From contig NC_087246.1 of NCBI RefSeq assembly GCF_037042905.1, positions 186,001 through 250,000 of the forward strand: 64,000 nt of DNA, in the 5' to 3' direction. The notes under the pieces were generated by a model. That model was given only the letters and a program-made list of their open reading frames with translations, searched no databases and was not told the DNA's origin. The stretch comes from Lytechinus pictus (taxonomy: Eukaryota). This document shows positions 41,416 to 54,938 of the stretch, piece after piece. Both the position numbers and the translations under genes were made by a program. Positions within the stretch are counted from its first letter, which is position 1, and every line of letters begins with the position of its first letter.

Positions 41416-42096
41416 GTTGTCCTTTCAAAATGTGATTTTAAACACAGTATAGAAAGACCTTATTACAAATGGAGCAATGAAATCCTTTTTTCAATAACTT
41501 GATAATCTAGCATTTAATAAAAGTAACCTCGAGAACCAAATCAAGTTATTACTGTGTTAAAGGGCTGCTAATGGATAAGGTCATATGCCAAACAAACATG
41601 CTTTTTAACTCTGCTTAATATAGTTTTTGAGATGCTTTGTTGTCCATGCAATGACATTCTTGGCCCTGTAAAACAAAAGGTTTGAAATTGATTGGAAGCA
41701 CAATTCTGATTGGTTTCTAGTCAGTGTTTTGCAACAATGAACCTGATTGGCCACGGTTATTAGTGACCGATTGCAAACTTTTGTTTTGGAGCCCTGCTCT
41801 ACAATTGCAGACAAATTCAATATACAACATTAATTTCAATAATTTAGATACATTTTTCTGGAATTTACTGAAAAGTTAAATCCCCCATCCTTCGTATCCC
41901 TACCCATTTTCTGTATCCCCAATATTGCTCATTCTTCTTTTTTTGTTTCTCATCCATTTTCTCCAAATAAACTTGTGATGATTCATATATATATCTGCAC
42001 TTGGCTTTTTACAAGACCTACTATTTGTATCATTGCATTATATACCATCTCTGTCAAAACAGATGTGCCCATCCATAAGCACACTGTCTAACTTAC

Positions 42097-42210
42097 CAGT
42101 GGTTTAGGAGGTGTTACTTTCTTCTTCTTGCCTCTCCGTTGTGATGCTTGCTTGAGTTTCTTCATCATCTTATAGCAGACGCTACTCAAGAGGAGTATGA
42201 AGATGAATGT
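42097..42210 (-). CDS. NAA25: NAA25 exon (TFIFILLLSSVCYKMMKKLKQASQRRGKKKKVTPPKPL)
   Basis: cag|...|gtaagt; 114 nt; poly-Lys stretch as in the NAA25 C-terminal region. Confidence 0.85.
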
Positions 42211-42269
42211 CTGGAGGATGGAGAATGAATGCTATGTGGTTAACTTTAATCTAACTGATAAAGAAGCAA

Positions 42270-43373
42270 CCAGAGGACCAAAAGCATAAGGTCCCTCTTG
42301 GGGATCTGGCAAGTGGACCTAAGGCTGATTAGGTCCCATCTGGAGGATCTGGCAAGTGAACCTAGGGCTGATTAGGTCCCCTCTTGGGGATCTGGCAAGT
42401 GGACCTAGGGCTGATTAGGTCCCATCTGGGGGTTCTGGCAAGTGGACCTAGGGCTGATTAGGTCCCCTCTGGGGATCATCTGGCAAGTGGACCTAGGGCT
42501 GATTAGGTCCCCTCTGGGGATCATCTGACAAGTGGACCTAGGGCTGATTAGGTCCCATCTGGGGATCATCTGACAAGTGGACCTAGGGCTGATTAGGTCC
42601 CCTCTGGGGATCATCTGACAAGTGGACCTAGGGCTGATTAGGTCCCCTCTGGGGATCATCTGGCAAGTGGACCTAGGGCTGATTAGGTCCCCTCTGGGGG
42701 TTCTGGCAAGTGGACCTAGTGCTGATTAGGTCCCCTCTGGGGGTTCTGACAAGTGGACCTAGGGCTTACTAGGTCCCCTCTGTGGGTTCTGGCAAGTGGA
42801 CCTAGGGCTGATTAGGTCCCCTCTGGGATCATCTGGCAAGTGGACCTAAGGCTGATTAGGTCCCCTCTGGGGATCACCTGGCAAGTGGACCTAGGGTTGA
42901 TTATAGTCTGCAGGCACAGACCCTGATTGATATTTTGAACAAGTGTGTCTCCACGCAAAGACTAGCACATACAAAGCTTGCTGGTCGAGAGAGCCTTCAG
43001 TAAACAAGGCATGAGTAGGCTGCACATTCAGACCCTTAACTTGATAGGATTCGCACAGCAGACTAGGCTGATAAGGTCCTCTCTGGGGGATCAGATAAGT
43101 GGTCCTAGGGCTGATTGAGTCCCCTCTGGGGATCTCGCAAGTGGACCTATGGCTGATCAGACCCCTCTGGGGATCTGGTAAGTGGTCCGTGGGCTAATAA
43201 GGTCCCCTCTGGAGGATCTGGTAAGAAAACCTAAGGTTGATTAGGTCCCCTGTCCCCTGTGGGGGATCAGGTTAGTGGACCAAGGGCTGACAAGGTCCCC
43301 TCTGGGGTATCTGGCAAGTGGACCTAGGGCTGAATAGGTCCCCTCTGAGGGTTCTGGTAAGTGGACCTAGGGC
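42270..43373. repeat. ~40-42-bp GC-rich minisatellite in two blocks (~42270-42902 and ~43060-43373)
   Basis: Unit GGGCTGATTAGGTCCCCTCTGGGG(ATC)ATCTGGCAAGTGGACCTA. Confidence 0.93.
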
Positions 43374-43374
43374 T

Positions 43375-43900
43375 AGTATTTTTATGGATGAAAATTTGTC
43401 TCGGAACTTTCATTCTAAACAGGTAGGCAATAAAATTGCCAAAAAGATTGGTGTTAATAGCTAAACTTAAATTTTTTTCCTATTTCAGTTCTTAAAATGT
43501 TATATTATGCTTTTATCTCATCTACCATTACCTATGTGGTAATTGCATGAGAACTAACAACTACAAGAAATGGAAAACAAAAACAAGCAATCCGTCTTAT
43601 GACTCGTTCTCATTACCTATTTAAAAGTGCACCTGTTTTCCAACGAAATATCTTACCGACCCAGAATATCACTTCATTACAGACCTGTTTATTAATGTAC
43701 CAATGCCACAATCAGATGTTACCAAAGTCTTTCCACGATTATTTTAAAATTAAAAATTTGTACCATTCATATCAAACTAGAAATTGTAACAATTACACCC
43801 CTCTTTGTCACGTAAAGTCTTAAGCAAACAATCTGTTTTTATTTCGGACAACTCTTTTGGACTTCAATACCTAATTCTATCAAAATATGTAAATCTTGTA
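43375..43900 (+). mobile_element. Highly decayed LINE 3' fragment
   Basis: Remnants resembling KQAIRLMT.SHY...SAPVF and H.YQTR, typical of CR1/L2-group ORF2 tails. Confidence 0.5.
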
Positions 43901-44716
43901 ATTCTATGTGTGATATTCCATGTAATTGTTTTCTTGATTGTTGTTGTAAAATCATTTTATCAATAAAAACTGAATTATAAAAAAATATGTAAATTTCTTG
44001 AGATCAGTTTAAACATCCCTGTATCCGGGACAAAACTCTTCTAAAGACAGCTTTCCTTTCATTGTATGATTTCTTTTCAACCCCCCCCCCCCCTTGGATT
44101 TATTCATAATTATGTTATAATTATATTTACATAGTTCATGTGCTATTTTACATGTATAAATATTATTTTTTTTTTGTCAGTATTGGGCCAATTAATACAA
44201 CAGTTGTACATCCTTTGACCCCTCCACATGCAAACTATCTTTAAATGTCAATGATTGGTATATTTTTAATTGTCGAAAGAAAGTTAAATTTGAAAATAAA
44301 TTATTTCCAGCCTTGTCAAAGATTTAAAAATTTCAATGAGTTCATTGATCTTAAATTCCCTTTGACCTTAATCATGTGAGCTGAAACTCATGCAAAATGA
44401 TTACTGATAATTGATAACCATTCTGTCCATGTTTCATGAACTAGGGACATACACTTTCTAGTTTTGATCAAATGTCAAAAACATGACCTTGGTTGAGATT
44501 TCAATGTTGACGATGCCGTTGCAAACAAAAATCATACACCAATCCAGGGAATGATAGCAAATCTAAACGAGCCATAACTTACACATGACAGAACACACAA
44601 CTGGTAACTCTACATTGTGGTAAATGAGAATTTATGTTTATAACATAATTCACCAAACCTAAAAATAGGCTTTAATTCCTTTGATGAGAATCATATTAGG
44701 CTCAAATTAATCTTAC

Positions 44717-44814
44717 CTCAACAAGTTGGACAGTTTCTGGTAGTATATGTCTGTCTAATGCCTTCTTATCATCCTTCTCAATGATCAAGCTTCGTCTACT
44801 TCTCCTCAAAGACT
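44717..44814 (-). CDS. NAA25: NAA25 exon (SLRRSRRSLIIEKDDKKALDRHILPETVQLVE)
   Basis: cag|...|gtaaga; 98 nt, phase 1-0, open. Confidence 0.8.
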
Positions 44815-47207
44815 CTGTCAAACAAACAAATAAATGCATTCATATTCTACGCTTGTTCCAATTGTAAATACAAATTAATGAAGCTTGACTCCATGACCCA
44901 TAATTCATTTAGACAAGTCTCTGATGTTTTGCACATCTAAGTACATGTTCAAGAATTATTTCTGTGCTCGAATCCAACAATTCATTTCCCTGCCGATTCA
45001 ATACCCAGTCATTTCATAATAGGTATATGTCAAGGTGCAATGGGAACATCTTATTAATTCATATAGATTAGTTACATCAGCACCTCACATTTTTTTTTAT
45101 TTAAAGCCCACATTTACACTCTGAGGTTCACCTTTGTTGAAACCTCACAAGATTTTCTAGGTGCTCAATATTGAGTGAAAAGGGAACAAGTGGAACACCT
45201 CTGGGAGTCTCGCCTGCATTACGTGATTCAAAAGAGCAGCAGTGCTGCCTTTAAAAAATATTGAATTATTATTCATTAAAAAAAATTCATTCATATGATA
45301 ATGATATACTATGTTACTTAACCCTAAATGACCTTTTACCTTGATCATGTGACCTAATACTAGTGCAAAACATTCAGTGATACTTGATTAACCTTATGTC
45401 TAAATTTCATGAACTAGATCCATAAACTTCCAAAGTCAACAAATACCTCCAACATGGCCAAAGTTTTTATATTTTATGATATTCCAACCAGAAAACTGGA
45501 CATTATAAGCATTTTTATAACCATACTACATAATATCTGATGCGAGTGCGAGCAAAAAATTTGTGATTTTCTAACTGGAAATGTATTATTTTTACTTCAA
45601 AATGAGTATTTAATTTCGAAAAAGGGCACATTTCATTTTGAAAAAAAAAGCATTTCCCATTTCCCTCATTTTTTACCTACGGGATTTTCTTTCATCATAA
45701 CCGGCAGGAGCTGTTAAAAGTGACACCACCTCCGCAAAAAAAAACAACTTATCTTGAGGTTATTCACATGTGACCAATACACAGTCCCCGACATTCTTAA
45801 TCCATTCACTCGACATTGCTCAGAGAAAATCAAAATCAAGATGTTTGATCCAAGCGCCAATTCATGATGCAATACATGCTTTGATAAGAAAATACACAAG
45901 TATAATCCTTCATTGAAACTATTACTGCACAAATATCCTGCTATTTGCTATTTACATCACCACTTTTGTTACAAAAATAGATTAATTTCATTTTCGGACT
46001 AACGAACTTTCGGATTAACGAACCTTTTTTCGGACTAACGAACCTTCAGAATTACGAACCTTATTGCGTTTTCGAAATGATGAACCTTATTTTGTTATCG
46101 GATTATCGAACCTTCGGAATGACAAATTTTCAGATTACAAACCTTCAGAATAACAAAACTTCTAAATATTCGAACCTTCGGAAATACGAATGTTACCGGG
46201 ATGTTCAGTAATACTTGATTATCCTTATGTCCAAATTTCATGAACTGGGTCCATATACTTTCTAAGTTAAGATGACATTTCGAAAACTTAACATTGGTTA
46301 AGATTTCAATGTTGATTGGGTTAGGGTTAGGGTTAGCATAGTCTCGCTCTGTTATGCAGGCCAGACAAAAATAAAATAATAAAATAAATGGCTCAGTTAG
46401 ATATTTTCTGATTCTCTGACATTTTCACTAGTCTGACAATTCAACTTTTGCTTACTAAAATAAACAACTGCAAAGCTCTGTTAGAAAAAAGACTTGCAAC
46501 CAGGATTAGTTTTTTTGTGCTTAAAATATAATTTCAGAATGGCTTCCAAATTACTAATAAATGGGAACGCCTCTGGCAGTCTCCTCTGCATTACACGATT
46601 CAATATAACATCAATGCTGACTTTAAAAAGTACTAAGATGAATAATCATTTACAAAAGACATAATTCAAATTAAAATAAAATAGTAATTTCATTGACCCT
46701 AAAAGTCTAAATTAATTGAGCTTTAATTAGAAATAATGATACATTTGTGAATTTGGGCTAAAAGACAATAAGCACTGAATTTTTATAAGAATTCATGTTT
46801 CTGGAACAATTTTGGGTCTAACGTGCATTAACTATATGTTGTGTAATTTCAGAACCGCGTACCTGAAGGTCGCAAATTTGGTCTTTAAAAAGTTGCGCGA
46901 GACTTGAAAACAAAAGTCAGTGAGCAGCGCAGTAAAAAATTTCGCACAGCAGATTTAACGTTTAAAAAAATGTCTTTGTCTTATGAGGGATTAAGAAGGT
47001 GTAAGGGATGAACCAAGGTTGGAGGATATGTGTATTGGGGTAATATTAAAGCTTAACCCTAAAAGAGCCAGGTTATTTGGACCCATCTCACAGCTGGAGG
47101 GGGGGGGGGCAGATTCCGCCACCCCCCCTGAGATCTCGGCCTTCGAGAGTGTATGATAAGATCTACAAGGATGCATGTTTAATTTTTTTGAAATTAGACT
47201 TTTCATT

Positions 47208-49077
47208 GAGTAGAATTCATGTGGCTCAAAAGGTTATCGGTGGCAGATCTATGCATGATAATAAACATGTCATCTCCATATTGCTTCTAAACTCTAGGGG
47301 CGCAGCTGGGCGGGCAAACACTCCGCGCGCATTCCTCAAAAGCTTTCATGAACAGGTTAGCGATCACTGCGGAAACAGGGCTGCCCATGGCTGCTCCTTC
47401 TTGCTGTTCGTAGATATTGCCGGCAAACATAAAATATGTAGATTGCAAAACAAAACTCAAAAGCTCAGTTACCTGGGCCGGAGATAACCGTGTGCGCTCG
47501 GGAAGGCTCTCATCACGTTCGAGCCTGCTAAGCGCGACCTTGCATGCGGCGTCGATGGGTACATTGGTAAACAGTGAAACCACATCAAATAAAACCATAA
47601 CCTCATGTTCCTGTATGGTTTCGCTGTGCACGAAATCAACAAACGACGCGGAGTTGTCGACAGCATGTCCATTGGAACCAACTAAGGGAGCAGGAATATC
47701 AGCGAGATACTTAGACGTGTTGTAAGCAAACAAACTCACACATGATACAATCGGACGGAGTGGGATGTCAGCTTTGTGGATCTTAGGCAGTCCATAGATC
47801 CTGGGCGGCTGCTTCTGCAACGGTTTTAGCTTACAGTAGGTAAAATCATCGATGTCACCATTCTTGTGAAAGCCGCAAAGAATAGTGGAAAGCTTACAGG
47901 AGAGGAGATCGGTCGGGTCCTTCCCGATAGCGCGATAGGGGCCGGATTCAATTAACTCGGACATCTTGGCGCGGTAGACATCGGTGTCCAGAATAACTGC
48001 TGTCAAAATCATAATAGACTCGTCTTCCTTGAGCGATTTCAAGGCTTTGCGCATGCAGGGAGTAATGTTCGGTTTAGGCGGTTCGGTGGAGAGGATATCA
48101 TTTATCTCTCTTCACGCATCGTTACTAAGCCCCACTGCACAGCTACAGAGAAGCAACACATCACCTCGGCTTTATTTCTAACGGTTACCCGCGCTCATTC
48201 GTTAACCGCGTCGCTAAGAAGAAGAGCGCTCCGTCCGACCAGTCGGCGCAATTTAAGTCTGCTATAGTAATCCTGTTTGTTGATGGTATCACGCACCTTC
48301 TCCGCCGACGCTGGAGAAGCATGGCATCCGAGTTATATTCAAGTCCGACAGCATCCTTAGCCAGCTGGTCCGTCCGAAAGACCGCCTGATTACTGACAAA
48401 CGCGATGGGGTTGTTTATAAGATTCCATGCTCGACCTGCCACAAAGTCTACATTGGTGAGACTGGTAGACCTGTTGGGGAACGCATGAAGGAACATCGCC
48501 GTGATGTTCGGCTTAGGCGCACAGATAGCTCTGCTGTTGCAGAACATGCTTGGGACTCCGATCATCCACCTAACTGGGATGAGGTCAGCTGCATCACTAG
48601 TGATAAGCACTGGTATACGCGGCGCATTAAGGAAGCGATTCAGAACCGTTTGCACCCAAGCAATATCAACAGGGACAGCGGCATTGAGATCCCTGATGAA
48701 TGGTTACCTACCATCCGACGGCATACAGCATCCACCATTCACAGCGCGCGGTGCTCACACCAGCGGGCGCCAAACACCAGCGCGGACCTTGATTGGCCAG
48801 CAGCATCGGCCAATCACAGCGCGCCAAGCACCAGTGCGAGCACTGATTGGCCGGCGGCTTTGGCCAATCACAGCGTGGCTCACACCCGAGTGGAGCCAGA
48901 CAATAGCGTGCAGCCAGGCATGCCGGCCCCTCGCCGATGCTATATAACTCTGCTCATTGCCTGACGAAGTCTAGCAGCTTGCAGACGAAACGTCACTTTC
49001 CAACGTTTGATACATCGTGAGACAACTGGTTATTTCTTTTACTCAATCCTTCACCACGATGAACCTCTTCCACATCA
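47208..49077. mobile_element. Penelope-like retroelement with 5' inversion (RT fragment on -, ~47208-48175; GIY-YIG and 3' end on +, ~48176-49077)
   Basis: RT motifs YGLPKIHK, FDVVSLFT, GAAMGSP on -; VVYKIPC..C..VYIGETGR..ERMKEH on +; 12-bp TSD AGACTTTTCATT at 47196-47207 and 49078-49089. Confidence 0.92.
48958..48997 (+). ncRNA. Minimal hammerhead ribozyme-like motif of the second Penelope element
   Basis: CTGACGA-A-GTCT-agcagcttgc-AGAC-GAAACGTC: canonical core, stem II, ACGT palindromic stem III, GUC site; stem I weak. Confidence 0.7.
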
Positions 49078-49620
49078 AGACTTTTCATTTATCGAATTAT
49101 GCTAATTTATGCATGAAATAAAACATTTGCTCTAATCAACTATCATACGGCCCCAAAGGGTTTATTGTTTTGTAATTTCTTATGTATTTCTTTGTTTTTC
49201 GACTTTGATACCTTCTCCATGTCTTGGAGAGAATTCAATACCTACTCAATGTCTTAGACAGAGTTCATATGGTTCGATACCTTCTCCATGTCTGAGACAG
49301 AGTCCATATCGTTTGATACCTAATCCATGTCTGAGACAGAATCACTATGTCTTGAGACCTAGTCCAAGTCTAAGACAAAGTATCTGTTGCAAAAAGGATA
49401 TCAAAGTCTGAGACAGAACTCTTTTTGTATCAGACCTGGAGCCCGTAACAAAAAGCTTAGTAATCATTTTTTTATGGTTAATTTCATTGACTGCAATGTA
49501 TAATTATTTATTGAAATCAATCGTTCAATTAATTGCTAACCTTTGTGATACAGGACCCTGGTCTATGTACAATATGAGTCCCAAGAAAAATACAGATTCA
49601 AAACAGTCATTCAATCATAC

Positions 49621-49692
49621 CTTGTAAGTTTGAAAGAATTTCCTTCATGCATTCTGTTATCCTTATCTGTGTCTCTTCAAAAGATGGATTCT
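49621..49692 (-). CDS. NAA25: NAA25 exon (NPSFEETQIRITECMKEILSNLQ)
   Basis: cag|...|gtatga; 72 nt, phase 1-1, open. Confidence 0.78.
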
Positions 49693-50480
49693 CTGTGAAA
49701 TCAACAATAAATCATATTCATAATATTAGATTTATGAAGCACATAATAATCAATACTTAATTCTCAATGCACAAACATAAGATGGCATACTATAATTAGA
49801 TTTTTCTAAAACAGAGCACTACTCTTTAAAAAAAAATTAATTTATATAGTTATATAGTGTAGGGGAATTAATTTATCTTGTTCAGTGGGCAGAACAAAAA
49901 ATGAATAAGTTAGGAATCCCCTTTTGGATTAATATTGACATGTTATTTACGCCCTTTTATCATGGAGGGGGGTATAGTCATAGAGCTATTAACAGAAGGA
50001 GATCTGACTCTCTCAAACGCTTTGCCCCATGCGCGGCACCGCTAATCCCCTCTCAGCAGGGTCCCTCACGGCGCATTACACAGGCCGCTCATAAATCAGA
50101 TAAGGAAAGTTGATCGACGCGGTCGACAGCTCGGGTTTGCGCTTGCGCAGTAGCGTTTTCACCCATAATGCATTTCACATCGGCTTCACGAAATTTATGC
50201 AAACATGGCGGCTCAAAATTTCGAAGACGAAAATCTGGTTTTGGAACCAGCTGAATGCACGGTGACCAGATTTCACAAAAAGAAAGACGGGACAATCGAC
50301 AAAGTACGCTGCATGAGCGGATCGACCGAGCCAGGTCTTTTTAAAAAAAATCAACAAAGGAGGCTACACGGTGTTCGACTTGGGAAAAAATGTACAGAAT
50401 TGGGTGGGGGGGTGAACGAAAGAATGAAGGAGGGAATGAAAAGGCGAAAGAAAATAGTTGAATTGAGAACGGAAAGAAAA

Positions 50481-51433
50481 AACAAGTGGAATGCCTCTGG
50501 CCGTCTCACCTGCATCACGCGATTCAATATAGCAGCAGTGCTGATTTTGAAAACTACTATAACTCGCACAAGATGTTCAGTGATACTTGGTTACTCTTGT
50601 TTCCACGTTTTATGAACTAGACCAATACACTTATAGAGATATGATGGCAATTCAACAAATACCCCCAACGTGGCCAAAGTTCTTTGACCTTACATGACCT
50701 TTGACCTTGATCATGTGACCTGAAACTCGCACAGGATGTTCAGTGATACTTGATTACTATTATGTCCAAGTTTTATGAACTAGACCAACAACACTTTTTC
50801 AAATTTATGGCTGTAATTCAACAAATACCCCAATTTGGCCAAAGTTCATTGACCCTAAATGACCTTTGAACTTGATCATGTGACCTGAAACTTGCACAGG
50901 ATGTTCAGTAATACTTGATTACTATTATGTCCAAGTTTCATGAATCAGATCCATAAACTTTCAAAGTTATGATGGTAATTCAACAGATACCCCCAATTCG
51001 GCCAAAGTTCATTGACCCTAAATGACCTTTGACCTTGGTCATGTGACGTGAAACTCATGCAGGATGTTCAGTGATACTTGATTAACCTTATGTATAAGTT
51101 TCATGAACTAGGTCCATATATTTTCTAAGTCATGATGACATTTCAAAAACTTAACCTTAGGTTAAGATTTTGATGTTGATTCCCCCAACATGGTCTAAGT
51201 TCATTGACCCTAAATGACCTTTGACCTTGGTCATGTGACATGAAACTCAGGCAGGATGTTCAGTAATACTTGATTAACCTTATGGCCAAGTTTCATGAAC
51301 TAGGTCCATATACTTTCTAAGTTATGCTGTCATTTCAAAAACTTAACCTCAGGTTAAGATTTGGTGTTGACGCCGCCGCCGCCGCCGTCGGAAAAGCGGC
51401 GCCTATAGTCTCACTCTGCTATGCAGGTGAGAC
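50481..51433 (-). mobile_element. Helentron-associated (HINE-like) element with internal tandem subrepeats, copy 1
   Basis: Subterminal IR GTCTCACCTGCAT/ATGCAGGTGAGAC, terminal hairpin, (GCC)n microsatellite, ~160-190-bp internal repeats, A-rich insertion site. Confidence 0.75.
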
Positions 51434-52886
51434 AAAAAATGAAGGGGAAAATGAAGGAAAATATATTAAAAAAAGGAATGTTAGAATAAAATGATGAAAG
51501 ATAGAATGAAAGAAAAGAAACGTTTCCGTCATTCTTTGAAATGAATTAAGAAGGAAAGAAAAAGAAAAGAAGGGAAGATGTGTGAAAGAAAACATAAGGG
51601 AGAGAAAAGAAAAAAAGAAGCAAGAAAAAAGGAGGAGGAAAGAAAGAACAAATAAAAGAAAAAAAGTTTCCTTCATTCTTTGAAAGAAAGAAAGAAGAAA
51701 AACAGGAAGGAAGGGAGGGAGGGAAAGAAAGAAAAAAGGACACAAAGTAGAAGGAAAAAATAAAATATAGAATAAAAGAAAGGATGAAAGAGAGGGAGGA
51801 AAAAATAAAGGGAGGAGAGAATAAATATAGAGAAAATAATGGAGAGAAGGAACGAAAAGAAAATGGAGAAGGAAGCAAAGAAAAGTTTAAGGAAAGAAAA
51901 AATGAAGGGGAAAAAGGAAATTTAAAAAAGGAAGGAGAGTAAGACAAAGAAGGAAAGAAAGAAAAATTAACAGAGAGAGAAGATCAGGAAAGAAAGATAG
52001 GGAATAAAGATAGATGGAATAAAAAAAGGGGCAAAGAGGAAGGATAGAATGATGAAGAAAAAAGGATATGAAAGAAATCTTAAAACAAAAAATCCCATAA
52101 TCTAACAAAAATCATAATATTTCGTGTTTCTAAATATATTTAGAATAGAAATAGAATGTTTTAGAAATGAGGGGGGGTCGGGTGTCCGGACACTTTATAT
52201 TTTGGAAGCCTTCTATTTTTTCTTTAGATTAAACTAAAAATATGAATTCAATAGTTGTAATCATCTTTTATTTTGTTCTCAATATTTTTTAAATCATAAT
52301 TATTTTTTGTACTAAAAATTGTAAAACTTCGCTTGTAAATTTTTCCAAATGACTTTGTAACTTTAAATGAATCATCCTGACACAGAACTGGGTATACTTC
52401 TTTGTGGTCCCAAACATGTTATTTTTAAGTTCTTTATTATGTAGAATAACAATGTTTTGTACTTTGTTCTCCTTTTTACTGGTTTGTAAATTAAATTTAT
52501 TCGCTCCGCGGCCCCTGCTATTTTCCAAAAACGATCCAGAGACAAGAGCTGAGCGAGCACGGAGCTCCCGTCATTCATTACACTCACTTTCAACTTACAC
52601 AAATAGGAGTACGGTACGTGGCGCACCGGAGGGTACTCCACGATGCGACAATCGCCAGAGAAATGCCCCGCAGATTCGTCATTATATTATCAAGACCATT
52701 GTAAACACTTCTCACAGGAGAAATAGAATTGTTCATAGAAGAAAGACCCTGGGGCACCACTCTCTTTCTTTTTTTAGTTTTCAAAAACATGTACAAAAAA
52801 AGAAAAACAAAATTTGCAAACTCATTTCATGTATTAAATTGCACTACAACTATTTTCCTAGAAGGGCATCATCTAACAATGATTAC

Positions 52887-53010
52887 CTGAGCTGAGATTG
52901 AAGAATTCATATGTAGTAAGAACCATCTTGAAGCCTGCCATCAGAATAACATCATGTTTCCCTGATAAGTAATCTGATAGGTTCGTCTTGGGCGGACCTT
53001 GGGTTGAGAA
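52887..53010 (-). CDS. NAA25: NAA25 exon (FSTQGPPKTNLSDYLSGKHDVILMAGFKMVLTTYEFFNLSS)
   Basis: tag|...|gtaatc; 124 nt, phase 0-1, open. Confidence 0.82.
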
Positions 53011-53435
53011 CTAAACAAAGAGAAAACTGAAATCAGGTAACTCTGTCCTCTTTTCCAAAGATCTAATTCTTTGTACTATCATCAAGTTTCCTTGAAATAA
53101 AGTAATAATTTTGGTATTATAAGTAAACAATCTATGCCCACATCAAGTCATTTGTCAAGATCACACGTCAGAGGCAGCATCTTTCCTCCCTGAAAAATTC
53201 CCATCTCATTAGGGTTTAATTCATCCTCAGCCTAGGTAACTACAATCAGACCTCACATCTAGTTTAATTCAATTCTCATCAATTCTGATAGCCTAGTTTA
53301 ATGAAACCAGAGTTTAAACTAAACCCTGGCATTAACACACAGCCAAGGTTTAATTTCTGTGGAGGGGAGGCCGACATTACAAAGAGCACACATCACCATT
53401 TGAATTTATTTGAAATGAAATGGAACAACTCTTAC

Positions 53436-53697
53436 CTTCCAATTAAGATGTGGATCTTCTCTTATTGTACCCACATGGCAAGCAAGATCTTCAAGCAGTT
53501 TTTTCAAGGTATCTCTTCTCTGTGTAGATTCACAGCTTGTAGCTGGTGTGTTACCATCTCCTTGTTGAGACTCATTAGAGAATTGATGAGGTGAAAGATG
53601 GGCAGCAGCAGCAAGACATCTCAATAACAGACTACGTAACTTCAACCATGATTTCTCTTGTTTAGATGATATCTCAATGTCTTCATCTGATACTTGC
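53436..53697 (-). CDS. NAA25: NAA25 exon (QVSDEDIEISSKQEKSWLKLRSLLLRCL...DPHLNWK)
   Basis: cag|...|gtaaga; 262 nt open; WLxxRSLxLR motif; lies within ORF 53406..53753. Confidence 0.9.
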
Positions 53698-53919
53698 CTG
53701 GATGTAAGAAAGATAAGCTTGAGGTCAATAACTTCTGAAATACCAAAACCCATTAGTATACAAATAGCGAATAGGCTAAAGGTGAAAGAAAGATGATCTA
53801 TTCATACCTTTAACATACCTAGGACATATCTTAAAGCGCCACACTTCCATCTTCACGTAGATAGATATTAGTGTGGCAGGGTTTGGGGGGGGGGGGGGCT
53901 TCAATATGATCACCCCTCT

Positions 53920-54520
53920 TCCGCCTATGTTCCAATGTTGTGAGGTGAAGTCTTTTCAATCTGGATTAATAGAGTAGATCTCTTAAGTTGGGAATGAGTT
54001 TGGTAGCCCCAGCCTGCACCTTTTCAAGAACTTGAATGTCTTTAGATAGATATGGGCACCAAGCTTGCATGCAGTAGTCCAAATGTGGCCTGACAAGGGA
54101 TTTGCGAAGTTTTAGAATTACATCGATACTATAAGTGAAGTTCCTCTTGATCATTCCCAAAGCTCTATTAGCTTTCTTGGCCAAAGCGGCACATTGGATA
54201 GAATCCTTTAGAGACTTATGTATCCATACATCAATTTCCTTTTCTTCGGTGATTTCTCGAAGACTGTCATTTCCCATACAATATGTATGATGTGGGTTGT
54301 GGAATCCTATAAGCATAACACCATACTTATCAGCATTGTACTTAATCTACCACATTTCTGCCAAAGTATTTAAGTGGTTATGTCCATTTGCATGCTATCA
54401 ATATCTTCTTTAATATCTGTAAACATGCTGATTGTTGATCCATTGTCAATGTAGCATTCCACGTTGTTCATGTACATCAAGAAACAATTAGGTCCTGCAC
54501 TCATTGTAGTTTCTTTATTG
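53920..54520 (-). mobile_element. CR1-like LINE RT C-terminal fragment
   Basis: KKANRALGMIKRNF..KSLVRPHLDYC.QAWCPY..KDI..LEKVQ motif. Confidence 0.8.
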
Positions 54521-54782
54521 CAATGCAGTGCTTTGATTGAGTTTGATTGACAAGTCACCAAGGACACAATACCGCCTTCACTCAGGAATTCAAATTCATA
54601 TCACAGTTTTCAAGTGAACGTGTGAATGGTACAAGGATTCTAAAGACAAATTGCAATCATCATTACAAAGATGATTCAAGATTCTCTTGTGAAAAGGCCC
54701 TTAGTCTAGCCTCAGTTCACTTACCATATGAGAATACAGCACTCTATATTTCACTTACTTTCTTTCTTTCTCTTTCTTTCTT

Positions 54783-54817
<35 letters not shown>

Positions 54818-54865
54818 GTTGTTTTACCCCTAGCATCAACAACAATAATAAACCAAGTTTCATAC

Positions 54866-54938
54866 CTTTCTTTAGGAGACCACGAGGTGAAGCACTTCAG
54901 ATCTCTATTATCACGGAGATCATCCCAGTCTGTGTCAT
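54866..54938 (-). CDS. NAA25: NAA25 exon (DTDWDDLRDNRDLKCFTSWSPKE)
   Basis: tag|...|gtatga; WxDLRDNRDL motif; 73 nt. Confidence 0.93.

Noticed and set aside
42405..42659. Repetitive ORF (MIPRGDLISPRSTCQ)n
   Set aside because: By-product of 42-bp minisatellite units; the frame breaks in 40-bp units.
45990..46195. Repeated CGGA.TAACGAACCTT motifs as a regulatory array
   Set aside because: Pattern is typical of MITE-internal subrepeats (similar case at ~55575-55975); no other support.
46316..46336. Interstitial telomeric (TTAGGG)n
   Set aside because: Only about 3 units, at the microsatellite position of a HINE-like fragment.
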